Below are positions 16,090 through 31,284 of a DNA stretch of 64,000 nucleotides, in pieces. Origin of the DNA: Eledone cirrhosa (taxonomy: Eukaryota); the NCBI GenBank assembly GCA_964016885.1, contig OZ024747.1:51150001-51214000 (forward strand), written 5' to 3'. Made by a program: the position numbers and the translations under genes. The notes beneath the pieces are model-generated. The model was not told the origin of the DNA, ran no database searches, and saw only the letters and a program-made list of their open reading frames with translations. Every line of letters begins with the position of its first letter. Position 1 is the stretch's first letter.

Positions 16090-18535
16090 TTAATTAGGTT
16101 TATAATATTTAAATGTTTTTTTTAGTTTATGATTACACGATATAATTAATTCCTGTCGTTTATTTAATAAGATATCCTTAGACTTCATTATTTCAAATAG
16201 TTCTTGGGAGCATAATCTACATTCATTTCTATTATTTTGATAAGGGGTGGCTCTTTTGAGCACACTCCAGGTCAAATCATATTTTATATTCTTATTTTTA
16301 TAACTATTGATTTTTTCTGCTAGAGATGTTGTATTAGCCAGTGCGGCATTTTTAAAACTATGCTTGTGGGTATTAAACCTTGTCTTAAAATTGTTAGAGG
16401 TAGCTCCTATATATGAGCAAATAGAATCTTTAGTTTTAACATTACATTTATAGACTATGTTGTTAACAAGACAATTCCCTTTTAATGGGCAGTTTGCTTT
16501 GTTTCTACAGTTACATCCTTTCGTTAATTTTGTATTTGAGGAGATATTATGGTTAATTTGATGTACTGGTGGTATACTTATGGTTTTCTTACATTTATAT
16601 GCATTATATGCACTTATATTTTGTTTTATGTTATTTGTTGTAGAGTATGAGAATTTAACTGTAGACCTATTTAAGATTTGATGGTATTTGTGGTTTGGCG
16701 GGAAGTTTTTCTCAAGGATATAAAAAAATTTTTTAGCAATATTATCCTTAACTTGTAAATTAAAAGGAGCATTATACCAAGTAACTCGTCTATTACGGTT
16801 TCTATGTTGTTTATTATTTTTATTATTTTTATAGGTTGTATCGTGATTTTTACTAGGAGGATTAATGTTAATGATCTCACCACAACTATTTTTAGTTATA
16901 TTTGTAGATTTAGGTGTTTTATCTTTTTTATTAGGAGTTTTATTATTAATATTTATTATAGTTGTATGATGAGTAGTTTTTTGAGAGTTACTATACTTTA
17001 TATTAGAAGATTTAGTATTTTGGGGTATAGTGTGGGTGGCATTTAGGTGTGTACTTTTCATTTGGTGTTTGTTGGTAATATTATGTTGTATGCTTTCAGT
17101 ATTTTTAGTAGAAGGTATATACTCTAATCTATTTTTGTGGCCACTTCTATCTAGAGCTTCGTTATAGAAGGTCGCATTTTTATCAAATACATCTTGGTTA
17201 GAAGAAAGGTTAGAAATTCTAAGTGATATATTATATGCAAGGTTTTTAAGGATAGATTTAGGGTGATTAGATTGTGAGTGTATGTAATGTAAGTTTTGGT
17301 TAGGTTTATGGTAAGGTTGGTAGATACCCGTAGCTAAATCTAAAGTTATATCTAGGAAATTTACTACTTTACTTGTTTTTTCAAAAGTAATATTAAGATT
17401 ATAATAGTCTTTAAGGAAAGTTCTAATATGTTTTTTGTTTTTTTCGATTTCTGAAAGGCTAAGGTTGTTAGAAAGAAGAAGACAGTCATCACGATATAAA
17501 CCACCTTTGAGGTGGGGAAAAGAGGCATTTATGTTGAAAAGGAGAAAGAGGCCCACAAGATCAGTAATTTGGGCGGAATCGCTTGAACCCATAGTAATAT
17601 CAAAAAGATTACTGTATGTGTTTCTGGTCCAGTATTCATTCTGAAATTCAATAAGTGTTAGTCTAGCATGTGTAATAATGTTAATGTCATCCAAAGTTAA
17701 GTTAGATCTATTTTTAGCAAATATCAATGCTTTGTTCAGGAGTATAGGTGATATAGAAGAATAGTAATTATCTATATCAAATTGTAGGAAAGAAGCAGAA
17801 GATTTACACCTAATATTTTTAAACCAGTTAATTACCTGGGAGGTGTTTTCCCAGAGTGGGTGGTAAAATAACGTGTTTTCTTATTTGTGGGATGACTCTA
17901 TCTAAAATTTTTTTGCTAATTATTCCAATATCTGATTTGGAGGGACAAATAAGTCTAATAGAAGGATTTGAGTTAAAGTTAGATTTGTGATCTTTCAGGT
18001 TGAAGTGTGGTCTTTTCAATGCCAAAGGTTCAGTTCTATCTTCAATGTTTAGTTTTTTTACTATGTTGTGTGTTTTGTTGTTGATGTTGGTGAGTGACAC
18101 ATTATTAGATTTTTTATAATTTTTTCTGAGTTCTTTATATATGAACTCGTTATAATGTTCAATATCCATATGATACAAGTTACCAGTTTTGTCCGAGTGG
18201 ACATGGATTTTTTTAGACTTTTTTAGGTCCAATAGGGTAGAATCAAGGTCCTTTTGAAAGACGGATTTATACTTTTTAAATTTGAGGTGTTTAATTAAAT
18301 TAAAAAGGTCTTTCTCGAAGTCTTCAAGTAAAAAGTTGTGTGGTGGATTCTTGTAAGTATTGAAATCATACATACATTTCCGATCTGCTTGTTTAGAATT
18401 TCTATCGAAGTGGTAGGCTCTCCATCTAACCCTTCTGATAAAATTATTAGTTTTCTGAATCATAAGGAGTAAGAAGTCGTCCTTAGAAGGTATTGGTATG
18501 TTTTTCAAGGAGGTTCCTAAATATTGTTTTTCCAT
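16090..18535 (-). pseudogene. Penelope-like RT + GIY-YIG endonuclease ORF, broken by one 4-bp duplication at ~17856-17863
   Basis: SLKNIPIP, FLQFDIDNYYSSI, ITMGSSDSAQITDLVG, GLYRDDCL, NFLDITLDL, CNC..CPL..C, IVYKC..YIGAT..KTRF..H, CRLC..E, LLNKRQE. Confidence 0.93.
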
Positions 18536-18783
18536 TGTGATATGGATGATGGACAATTGAAAGAGCTCAACTAAATGTATATGGGTTTACAAAATCATAC
18601 ATATATATATGTTTATACATAAATATAAAATTAATACACACATACAGTACAAAAATACGAATATTTCCGTGAAAATAGGAGCAAAATTATGTAGATAAAT
18701 CTACCAAGAGTTTAACCTTTTGTGTTTTCATTGGTCAATTTTGAACTGAAATTTTGAATTGTTGTTATTATCAATAAATATAC

Positions 18784-18938
18784 TTCATTATTTCTGAAGA
18801 CAGCGTATATATGTGTTTGGTATGTATATTTAATCTTGATAATTTGTATAATTTTGTATAATTTTGTACATAGATCTGTTGAATATGCATACCAATTATA
18901 ACACATATATATCCTAGAAACGATCGTTAAATAATGAA
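18784..18938 (+). ncRNA. Hammerhead ribozyme motif in inverted 5' pLTR
   Basis: Reverse complement of 12407-12561 with one substitution. Confidence 0.7.
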
Positions 18939-18983
18939 CTTTTTTTGTTTAATATAAGGAATTGTTTATTCATTATTTGTTTA

Positions 18984-20606
<1,623 letters not shown>

Positions 20607-21157
20607 TAAGTTACGAAGTTTTAGCTGACTTCTGCAATCATACAAACCTCTGAACTGATAAATATGTTAGTAAGGGTTAACAAGATTAGAATCAACACTA
20701 CCTTTAACCTCTCACCTTTTCTAGAGCAATCAAGACGTCATGATTGTGTATTCATTATAACACACCTTCAATCACGGTATTTGTTTCTTTATCTTTTTTC
20801 TTTTCACTTATTAAACCTTGTTTGTATATAACATTATTCTTTCTGCACCTTCTGTTTAACCTGTGCGGCACCACACTAATACATTTCACTATCATTTGAT
20901 AATGCATATAAATGCAGAAACCGGTAATAGACAATAATTAAATATATAAATAGATAAATAAATGCCACTGCTAAATAATAAATAAATCAACTAATACCTT
21001 AACACTTCACACAAAGTAAAATATTTCGTTTTAATCATTTTCTAACCCAGAAAAAAGAGAGAAACACAAAAAAAAGGAAAAGAAAAATTTTTCTTCCTCA
21101 TAATCGTCTCTTTCTCCCTGTTTTAATATATGAATATATATATATATATATATATAT

Positions 21158-21273
21158 ACCAGATAGAGGCTGGACCATACCCCCATCAGAGTACTCGATA
21201 CGAATCGTATCTAGCTGTCGAGACGGCCAGAGCACAGGCGCCGTCGAGTTCCTGAATCTTTTCTATACATGTA

Positions 21274-21354
<81 letters not shown>

Positions 21355-21496
21355 ATAATAATAAATGTGAAGACTAAAATCCGAACAGGACACGATAGGC
21401 ATAATATATATATATATACAAATATATAAAAACCGGTTCGGATCTGCCTGTCGAAACGGCCGGAGCTCAGCCGTCGTGGTCCTGAATTTTTTCATA
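21158..21496. mobile_element. Two short inverted pLTR-like fragments (minus-strand tail plus plus-strand HHR 3' half)
   Basis: gtcGAAAcggccggagctcagccGTC resembles 47865-47891; tails resemble those at 61720-61755 and 9390-9420. Confidence 0.5.
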
Positions 21497-21513
21497 TATA
21501 TCTACATATCTCA

Positions 21514-21575
21514 AGGGCGGTGCCCCAGCATGGCCTCAGCCGGATGGCTGAAACAGGTAAAAGAGTAAAAGAGTA
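21514..21575 (+). mobile_element. 3' end of SINE family B
   Basis: GCGGTGCCCCAGCATGGCCTCAGCCGGATGGCTGAAACAGGTAAAAGAGTAAAAGAG; identical copy at 33178-33236. Confidence 0.7.
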
Positions 21576-21589
21576 TATAATATAAGAAA

Positions 21590-21805
21590 AGGGATATTTA
21601 ATTTGTTGGTAATTCAACAAATATAAATGTTTATAACTGATTCAGAGCACTCGACAGTTTTTCTAGAGTATAATATCAATAATATTAATAAATGGAAACA
21701 ATATTTATAAAACATATTTATTCTATTATATATATTGCAAGGGTACCAAAACTTTAGTACGCTCTCATCAGATAAAATACAAAGTTTATTTTATAAATAC
21801 TGACA
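21590..21805 (-). mobile_element. pLTR-like fragment related to the 9550/34243 family, HHR with GCAA instead of GAAA
   Basis: Shares taataaatggaaac..tttataaaacatattta and tcatcagataaaatac. Confidence 0.6.
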
Positions 21806-21830
21806 TACCCAGGAATCAGACCTTCGGATA

Positions 21831-21869
<39 letters not shown>

Positions 21870-22112
21870 TATGCATATGTATACCTCAGCACCCCACTAC
21901 TCTCAAGAGCGTGAAACTAATAAACCTTTTTTCGTACTGCCTCTCTGTTTGGTTCCCGTTCCATTTTTCACTATATATATATAACGTTCCTGTTAAGATC
22001 ATCTAGTTTCCTGAAATCTTTCATAATGGAATAATTATATTGTGTTGTTTATTATGTAATTAAATAAATTATTAAAAAAAATTATTTATATATATATACA
22101 TATATATATATA

Positions 22113-22260
22113 TAAAGAAGAGATTAAAAGATGGTTAAAAAGAGTTCCATATATTTTATTATGCGCATTTCGAATATATACTCCAGTTCTACCAACTGTT
22201 GAGTGGTAATTACCTGATATATGCATAGTTTAATTGTTCTACAATATTACTCACCTTCTC
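22113..22260. mobile_element. Short inverted pLTR insertion (HHR 3' half on minus, tail on plus)
   Basis: Matches the 23580/32590 family; tail begins tatactccag...gagtgg. Confidence 0.65.
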
Positions 22261-22273
22261 CCTCTCTCTTTCA

Positions 22274-22361
<88 letters not shown>

Positions 22362-23160
22362 ATATATATATATAAACACAGATAAAATGTGTATATATAT
22401 ATATATATATACACACAAAAACAAGATGGCGTAGCACAGAACAAAGGAAAGCAAAAAAACAAAGAAAAGAATCCCCAGTCACTGAAGAGGTCACAGAATG
22501 TTTGACGAAAGAACTTTGACAAAATATAAAAAATCATCTGGTTGTGGAAACAACCAACGAACCGGAAATTTATAAATTCCTAAATTTATAAATTTATTAT
22601 AATAAATTGAAGTGAAAGCATCCGGTGCGTGTGTTTCTTATTGGCAACATGACCCCCCCAAAGTATAACAATATCGGTTTCAACACACGTTTTCAGATAA
22701 AGAATCTTGCTAAACATTTTCAGAAACAATATATATACACAGATATACAGAAATAGATATGCACCTGATATTCATACACGTTTTTTATCTGAGAGGAGGT
22801 GGATCAAAGGAAAGGACAAATAGTGCAATATTTTCTAGACCATCTATCTTCCATATATGGCAAGACCTTTCCCGCCCCTCACTCTCCTTCTCTTTCTCTA
22901 CAATCTCAAGATATCTATTTATGTATATAAATATATATATTTTTATTTCTCTAAGTAAAGACTTCTGTCTTTACTTCCACCATCAGACTGTCTCTCTCTC
23001 TCTCTTTCTGTCTCCCACTCTCTATCTCTTTATACATACGTATATATATATATATATGTATGTATATTTATATGTGTGTATATGTCTACACACACACACA
23101 TATGTATATATATGTGTATATATATGTGTATATATATATATATATATGTGTATATATATA

Positions 23161-23213
<53 letters not shown>

Positions 23214-23238
23214 ATATATATATGTGTGTGTGTGTGTG

Positions 23239-23301
<63 letters not shown>

Positions 23302-23368
23302 ATATATACTATTTCCTGTCAGCATGGCTTGGCAAGATATTTAGAACGCTGGTTTGAGACCTTTATTT

Positions 23369-23405
23369 CCCTCTGAAGAAGAGATACTATCTCGAAAATT
23401 AAGGA
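23369..23405 (+). ncRNA. Minimal hammerhead ribozyme motif
   Basis: cct-CTGAAGA-agagata/tatctc-GAAA-at-TA-agg. Confidence 0.55.
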
Positions 23406-23579
23406 CATTTAAATAAATCTAAGGTAAAAGACGAATTGTCAACAATATCTTTTGCAATTGCATTCTTTTTTCTATGTCCATACCTGCATTGTTTTGGCTT
23501 TATTATACATATTCAAACGTTTATACCTCATTACACAATGCTTCAAGTGAACTATAACCTCCTCCTATATATATATATA

Positions 23580-24870
23580 TATAAGATCAAAAGATGGTTA
23601 AAGGAGTTCCATGTATTTTATTATGCGCATTTCAAAAACAAACATCATCATGCAATAATATTTGTGTTTTCATCAGATAAAACAGGAGAACATGATATGA
23701 AGGCTAAAAAACACTTGTGGATAGTGCAGTTTTAAATCAACATATGAAAAGTGGTTTTAGATTGATGTGTGATATTGGGAAAAATATTTTATTTAGGGAG
23801 GGGGGGGGGATGAAAAATGGGAGGAGATGAGAGGGAGAGATGGGTGATAGAGAGAAATAGATAGTTTTTATAACTGAGAGAAGATATATTGTTTTACATA
23901 GAGAGGTTGAAAACCGTTGGAAGATAATGTATAAATTAAAAGAATTTGAAAATTAACGAAGGGAAGATATGTACGAGGAAAAAATATTTTATTTAGGGAG
24001 GGGGGTGGGTGGAAAGGATGAAAAAAGGGGGAGGAGATGAGAGTGAAGGTGGAGAGGGAGAGATGGGTGATAAAGAGAAAGAGATAGTTTTTATAACTGA
24101 GAAAAGATATATTGTTTTACATAGAGAGGTTGAGAACCGTTGGAAGATAATGTATAAATTAAAAGAATTTGAAAATTAACGAAGGGAATTTATGTATGAA
24201 GATAGAGAGAAAAAATAATAATTGTGGATGAATATTCTGACGTCAAAAAAAGTGTATGTTGATAAGTATTGTGGCAATTTCAAAATTAACGAAGAGAAAA
24301 AATTATTAAGGTTTGTGTGTAGAAGGATTTGAGAAAAATAATGTGAAGTTAAAGTTTGTATATTGAAGGAATTGATAATATGTGCGAATAAAGAGTTAAT
24401 ATTAAGAATGAGTTCGTTGATGAGGAGAAAAAAATAATAAATTAAGGATGAAATTGAGATTAAAAAGTTTTATGATAGAGAGAAATAATAATAATAATTG
24501 CGGATGAATATTCTAACGTCAAAAAAACAAATGTATATGTTATGAAGGATTTTACAAGGTGAAGATAGAAAGAGGGTAATGAGTAAACAAGTATTATAGA
24601 GTGTATAATGCCCTTTGAAGTAAGGTAGGAAGATGGGTATATTTTAAAGAGGTGTATGTATATGTGCCTTTGAGAAAAGATTCTAAATTGATAAAGAATT
24701 GAATATTAACTGTATACTTTGTGAAAAGTCCTATGGAATTTATGCAGGCAGATAGAAAACAAATCTGTACGTCTATTTATTATGTATACTCCAGTCCTAC
24801 AAACTGTAGAGTGCTTCTTATCCGATATCTGCATTGCTTTATTGTACTACAATAAAACTCACCTCCTACA
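23580..24870. mobile_element. Penelope-like 3' region with inversion: 1.2-kb minus-strand pLTR+UTR joined to a 90-bp plus-strand tail
   Basis: 23580-23745 and 24780-24870 are contiguous in the copy at 32500-32720; internal ~200-240-bp tandem duplication at 23778-24200. Confidence 0.7.
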
Positions 24871-24900
24871 TATATATATATATATATAGCTATTGACCAG

Positions 24901-25057
<157 letters not shown>

Positions 25058-25103
25058 TGTAAATATATATATATATATTTATGTGTATATACATATATGT
25101 GTG

Positions 25104-25147
<44 letters not shown>

Positions 25148-25177
25148 TATATCTATAGGTGTATATATATATATATG

Positions 25178-25238
<61 letters not shown>

Positions 25239-25315
25239 GTATATATATGTATATATATATATATATATATGTAAATATATATATATATATTTATGTGTAT
25301 ATACATATATGTGTG

Positions 25316-25349
<34 letters not shown>

Positions 25350-25387
25350 TATATGTGTATATCTATAGGTGTATATATATATATATG

Positions 25388-25429
<42 letters not shown>

Positions 25430-25439
25430 TATATGTGTA

Positions 25440-25516
<77 letters not shown>

Positions 25517-25621
25517 GTGTATATATATATATATATATTTATATATGTGTATATATATATATGTGTATATATTTATATATGTGTATATATATATATATGT
25601 GTGTATATATATATATATATA

Positions 25622-25670
<49 letters not shown>

Positions 25671-25703
25671 GTGTGTATATATATATGTATATATATATAT
25701 ATA

Positions 25704-25734
<31 letters not shown>

Positions 25735-25775
25735 GTGTGTATATATATATATATATGTGTATATATATATATTTA

Positions 25776-25815
<40 letters not shown>

Positions 25816-25865
25816 TATATACATATATATATATATATATGTGTGTATATATATATATATATGGT

Positions 25866-26447
25866 AACATGTATCCCAGTACAACCTGTCCCATGGTCGG
25901 GTCGTTGGCGACTAAACTGGCAACCCCACCAAGGTTTCTTGGTGAGGAGGGTGACTTTGGACATCCTGCAGGACTAAAAACAAAACCTGTCAAAGGGCAA
26001 AGGAGCTCTTAAGAGTCAATAGCCATCCAAAATCACCGGGAGAGATGACCCCTTAGCCTTTGTCAAGGCAGAATTCTAGGAGAAGGAAAACTCTGATATA
26101 ACACCTGCAACCCTGATGGTATCCAATGATGTTGACTTGTTCTTCTTTTTGGTAAATATCATCTTGGTTAAGAGAGTGGGACTGGCTTTGTGCAGTGCCT
26201 TTGCTCACTATAAAAGCTTCACGGCACAGGCATTGCTTTATATCTGGAGATCTCTCCGCACTTGTCGTCACATGGTACCATGGGCCCAGCACTATGTGTC
26301 AGTAATTGTCACAAGTGTAGTGTTTGTACCAGAGTTTTCAAGTCGCTGGCTGGACTAAAAAGTCACACGCGTTCAGCGCATCGGTAGGGGTTCTCCTACA
26401 TGGATATAAAGTAGTGGCCGTACTCGAAAACGAGTTGGCAGCCACCA
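25866..26447 (+). mobile_element. Short non-autonomous bipartite RTE-like element
   Basis: 3' part encodes [25 protein letters not shown] (RTE-type C-terminal C2H2), no RT; second copy at 29874-30256. Confidence 0.7.
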
Positions 26448-26481
26448 TATGTATATATATATTTATATGTGAATATATATA

Positions 26482-26530
<49 letters not shown>

Positions 26531-26779
26531 ATATATATATATATGTGTATATATATATATGTGTGTGTATATTTATATATATATATATATATGTGTGTGT
26601 GTATATATATATATATGTGTGTATATATATATATGTATAAATATATGTGTATATATATATACATATATTTGTGTATATATATATATATTTGTGTATATAT
26701 ATATATATATATATATATTTGTGTATATACATATATTTGTGTATATATATATATATTTGTATGTATATATATGTATATA

Positions 26780-26836
<57 letters not shown>

Positions 26837-27010
26837 GTATATATATATATATATGTATATATATATGTATATATATATATGTATATATATGTATATATAT
26901 ATATATATATATACATGTATACATATATATATACATGTATAAATATATATACATATATATATATACATATATATATATACATATATATATATACATATAT
27001 ATATATATTT

Positions 27011-27082
<72 letters not shown>

Positions 27083-27289
27083 TTGTGTCTCTTTCTCTAC
27101 GGCTTCAAATATCACTATGCAAGTGATGACAACGGAGGGTGGCGGTTGTGTGGGGGGAACATCTTCATTGCGATGACAGTTCCTGGCCTCGCTGGATGAT
27201 TGCAACATATGAATTATTTATTTACTTTGGTTAGCATGGCAACAGGGGAACTAGCATTCAGAGTTGTTGCCAAACTAGGAAATGTCAGA

Positions 27290-27365
27290 GGAACAACAAC
27301 AACAACAACAAAAACAACAACACCAGCAACAATATCAACAACAACAACAACAACAACAACAACAG

Positions 27366-27403
<38 letters not shown>

Positions 27404-27828
27404 ATAGCTACATAAACAACAATAATATCAAAAGCAGAATCATCAACAACAGCAACATCAGCAGCAACAATATCAACAACAATATCCACAGCAAAAGCGA
27501 CAGCAGCAACAGCAATAACAACAACGACGACGACGCCGATGACAGTCAAACAAAACAAGTTAAATAGTAACAACAACAACAGCAACAACAACAATAATAA
27601 TTACCAACCGCAATAACAGTGACATGTACTGTAGTGGGATCACTGACGAATATGACAACAATATCCACAACAATAGCAACAACAACAACTGGAAAAACAG
27701 CGACATCATTACCGGCAACAACAATAGCAACAACAAAGCTATTAATAAAAATAGCAACAATAAGAGAAATAATAATAACAACACCAATGACAACCACATC
27801 TACAGTAGTTGTGTCATTGATGAGTATG

Positions 27829-27861
<33 letters not shown>

Positions 27862-27900
27862 GCAACAACAACAACAGCATTAACAAAAGTTAACAAAAAC
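27290..27900. repeat. (ACA)n-derived low-complexity tract
   Basis: Direct reading. Confidence 0.85.
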
Positions 27901-28019
27901 TATGTCAAAACCAGTAACATCAGTAACAGCAAAACCAGGATGAAACAACTTAGAAATGTGGCGAGTATAACAACAACATCAACAAGGATGTTTCTAATTT
28001 AGGTACAATAACAACAATT

Positions 28020-28190
28020 TATGGGGTAGGAATTATCGATTACATTAACCTTAGTAAGTGATTGATACTTTATTTAATCAGTCTCGAAATAAAGGCAAAT
28101 TTGACCTCGGCTAAATTTAAAAACTCAGAATGTATCGGAATGTTTCAGTTGCGTCTTGCCAAACGCTTTACCGATTCTACCACTGAGCTA
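28020..28190 (-). mobile_element. Old degenerate SINE related to family A
   Basis: aaaggcaaatttgacctcggc...aactcagaa...accgattctacca. Confidence 0.55.
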
Positions 28191-28544
28191 TAATTTAATG
28201 TTATTTTCTACATCTGGCATACGGTTATGTGAGGAGAGGAGAAACTCGATTAAATTAATCCTATTAATGACTAACACTTTATTTCATCTATTTGAACCCA
28301 AATAATGTAAATTATTTGTCCGACTCTAACAGTATTGGCAATATTGATGAATGTTATAAAGTAGTTTGATTTAATTCCATTTATCTACAATTACCATTAA
28401 ATTATAACGAAACCTGACTATTCAACACAGGCTTCCAATATATATTTCCTTAATTTTTTTCACAATCAGTTTTTTTTTTTTACTTTCAAATTTTAATACC
28501 ATTACATTTGATAGATTTATAAACGTATTTACAAACAACCCGTT

Positions 28545-28645
28545 TCATCTATATGGTTAAGAAATTCACTTCTCGGCCATATGGTTTCTGATTGAGTGAC
28601 ACTGCGTGACACATTTGCGAGGTGTCCTCTTCGGTAGACGCCTGT
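28545..28645 (+). mobile_element. Degenerate tRNA-derived SINE head (family B?)
   Basis: tggttaagaa...ccatatggtt...cactgcgtgacac...aggtgtcctct resembles an octopus SINE head as I recall it; unverified. Confidence 0.4.
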
Positions 28646-28650
28646 CGCGT

Positions 28651-28705
<55 letters not shown>

Positions 28706-28841
28706 TTAATATAGATGAGATTCTACAGGACTAGAACTGTTTCATTCATTAGAAATCATCAGGAATCAATTTGTATTGAGTACCTTACTTACTGTGGTTA
28801 CCTCCGATTCAACCCGGAATAACGTATATATATATATATAT

Positions 28842-29243
28842 ATATTAATTCAAAATATTAATAAATATAGACATTCAATTTAATCAAAATGCATTTTATT
28901 ATATATATTTCGGAGGTACTGTGCTGTTTTTTCAGAACGTCCTCATCAAATAAAATATATAAATTGATGTATGACATACCTCAACTGTGCTGACTGCCAA
29001 GACTGGAATTGAACCATCAGCACAGTTGAGGTATGTCATAAATCAGTTTATATATTTTATCTGATGAGGACGTACTGAAAAAACAGCACAGTACCTCCGA
29101 AATATATATAATAAAATATATTTTGATTAAGTTGAATGTCTATATTTATTAATATTTTGAATTAATATTAATAACTCCAGAAAACTTTTACGGTTGAGTG
29201 CTTCTAATCTATTGTAAAACTATATTCATTGATTAAATTTTGG

Positions 29244-29246
<3 letters not shown>
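28842..29246 (+). mobile_element. Fold-back pLTR-like insertion: ~152-bp arms (28842-28993, 29016-29168) plus tail
   Basis: Inverted repeat with several mismatches, flanked by (TA)n. Confidence 0.8.
29051..29120 (+). ncRNA. Minimal hammerhead ribozyme motif
   Basis: tatattttat-CTGATGA-ggacgtactg/cagtacctcc-GAAA-tatata-TA-ataaaatata; perfect 10-bp stem I. Confidence 0.8.
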
Positions 29247-29289
<43 letters not shown>

Positions 29290-29547
29290 CATTTATATAT
29301 ATTTATATATTACATATGTTAGCAAACACTGTTATGTCATAATTCAATTTACATATGTTTCATCCTCGTGGAGGTCATCGTAATTAACCACGATATAAAT
29401 ACCCCAACTAGTTCATCTCTTCCAAACGCACAACAATCAGGATAACGTTTTGTTTACATATTAAAGAACTGCACAGTAGTTGTTATATATATATAACGAT
29501 GTGATCTTGACGGGCGTGAAAATTAGGGTTCGCTACCGAAGTAGTAT

Positions 29548-29733
29548 TTAATAACTGTTTCTACTTTTGGCACCAGGCCACCAATTATTCCAGTGCATTA
29601 CTGGTACTTTATTTTATCGACCCCGTAAGGATTAAAGGCAAAGTTAACCTCGGCGGGATTTTAACTCAGATCATAAAGGGAGGTAACTCTATGCTTCAAA
29701 GCATGGCGCTCGACCCTTTACCGATACTGCCAC
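29548..29733 (-). mobile_element. SINE family A
   Basis: Reverse complement of consensus. Confidence 0.9.
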
Positions 29734-29873
29734 TTTATTATGTTTAAGGGATGATACTCTTGACTCTGGACTTCCACCAGTCTTTATGATCTATCCAGTG
29801 CACCTTCAGTTGATATGCCAATGTAACAAAACTCATTACTTTGCCATAATATAGAATATATATAGGCATATAC

Positions 29874-30256
29874 ATGGTGGCTGCCAACTCGTTTTCGAGT
29901 ACGGCCACTACTTTATATCCATGTAGGAGAACCCCTACCGATGCGCTGAACAAGTGTGAATTTTTGGTCCAGCCAGTGACTTGAAAACTCTGGTACAAAC
30001 ACTACACTTGTGACAATTATTGACACATAGTGCTTGGCCCATAGTACCATGTGACGACAAGTGCAGAGAGATCTCCAGATATAAAGCAATGCCTGTGCCG
30101 TGAAGCTTTTATAGTGAGCAAAGGCACTGCACAAAGCCAGTCCCACTCTCTTAACCAAGATGATATTTACCAAAAAGAAGAACAAGTCAACATCATTGGA
30201 AACCATCAGAGTTGCAGGTGTTATATCAGAGTTTTCTTTCTCCTAGAATTCTGCCT
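29874..30256 (-). mobile_element. 5'-truncated copy of the bipartite RTE-like element
   Basis: Near-identical reverse complement of 26065-26447. Confidence 0.8.
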
Positions 30257-30289
30257 AGATACATACATATGCGCGTCTGTGTGTGTGTG

Positions 30290-30470
30290 TGTGTGTCTGT
30301 GTTTGTGATTATGTCCCGTAACCTTGTTGGTCGATTAAGAGATCGATATAATTATTACTAGACAACAAATAATATATATACTGGGGCCGATATGATCAAC
30401 AAAACACATTTAAGGCGGTGCCAAAGCATAGCCACAATCTAATGAATGGCACTAGTAAAAGAAAAGAAGA
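30290..30470 (+). mobile_element. Degenerate 3' half of SINE family B
   Basis: gtcccgtaac...ctggggccgat...taaggcggtgccaaagcatagcc...agtaaaagaaaaga. Confidence 0.55.
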
Positions 30471-31284
30471 CTGTAAATCATTTTGCTATATCGCAAATAA
30501 TATCGTTTTATAATATAAATTCACATTCACGGGGATTAAATTATACATTTTCATTTCATTTTTCTCTTTTCATGTGCCAAACGTTTCGCTTGGGAATAAG
30601 AATCTCTAAAAATAGTGAATATTTAAAAAAAAGAAATAAAAACAAAAAAAACCGTAACAAAAATAACAAACTTCACTAGAAACGAATGTCACAGGAAAAA
30701 AAAAACAGGTCGATTTTTTTTATTGATTTGCTATCAGAGATAATACACAAAAGGATCAAAAGTATTATTGATTTTTTCTCCCGTTATTTCATCTTCTTCC
30801 GTTTTGAATTCAAATCCCACCGGTTCTGAGGACAGTCTTTGATCTTTACAACATTGTAAAATATATGTACCAGTAATATATTGCGTGGATTGAATCAGCT
30901 TCAATATATCCCCAAGAAGAAGAAGAAGAAGCTATATCTAGTGCGATGAAATTAAAGAGGAAATGATATAATTCCTTTTTTTATAGAATTTCTTCGTTTC
31001 AATTTAATTCCGTTTTAATGTTATTTTTCATCTTTGGATCAAATGTTTCTTTCCAATAATTGTACTTATGTTGTTTATTCTTGGATGTCGTCATCCTAAA
31101 CTTACATGTGACATTCGATCATTTAATTCCTTCATAAGTACGTACAACCTCTTCTTATGTCTGGGTAACAACACATATATATGTACGTAACTGTCTTTGT
31201 GTAGGATCTCAGTCGCCTCGAACGCAACATGTTCTAAGTATTTGACAAACAGCGCAGGCTGCTTTTAAAATTAACGTGGAAGTT

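Noticed and set aside
16090-18535. Selenoprotein-type Naiad (in-frame UGA) or programmed frameshift
   Set aside because: No in-frame TGA in the reconstructed ORF; the break is a simple CCAC duplication
12439-18906. Identical 64-aa ORFs at 12439-12633 (+) and 18712-18906 (-)
   Set aside because: Antisense reading of the duplicated pLTR, not a gene
28715-28770. Minus-strand CTGATGA-tttc/gaa-tGAAA motif
   Set aside because: Stem I/III geometry not convincing by eye
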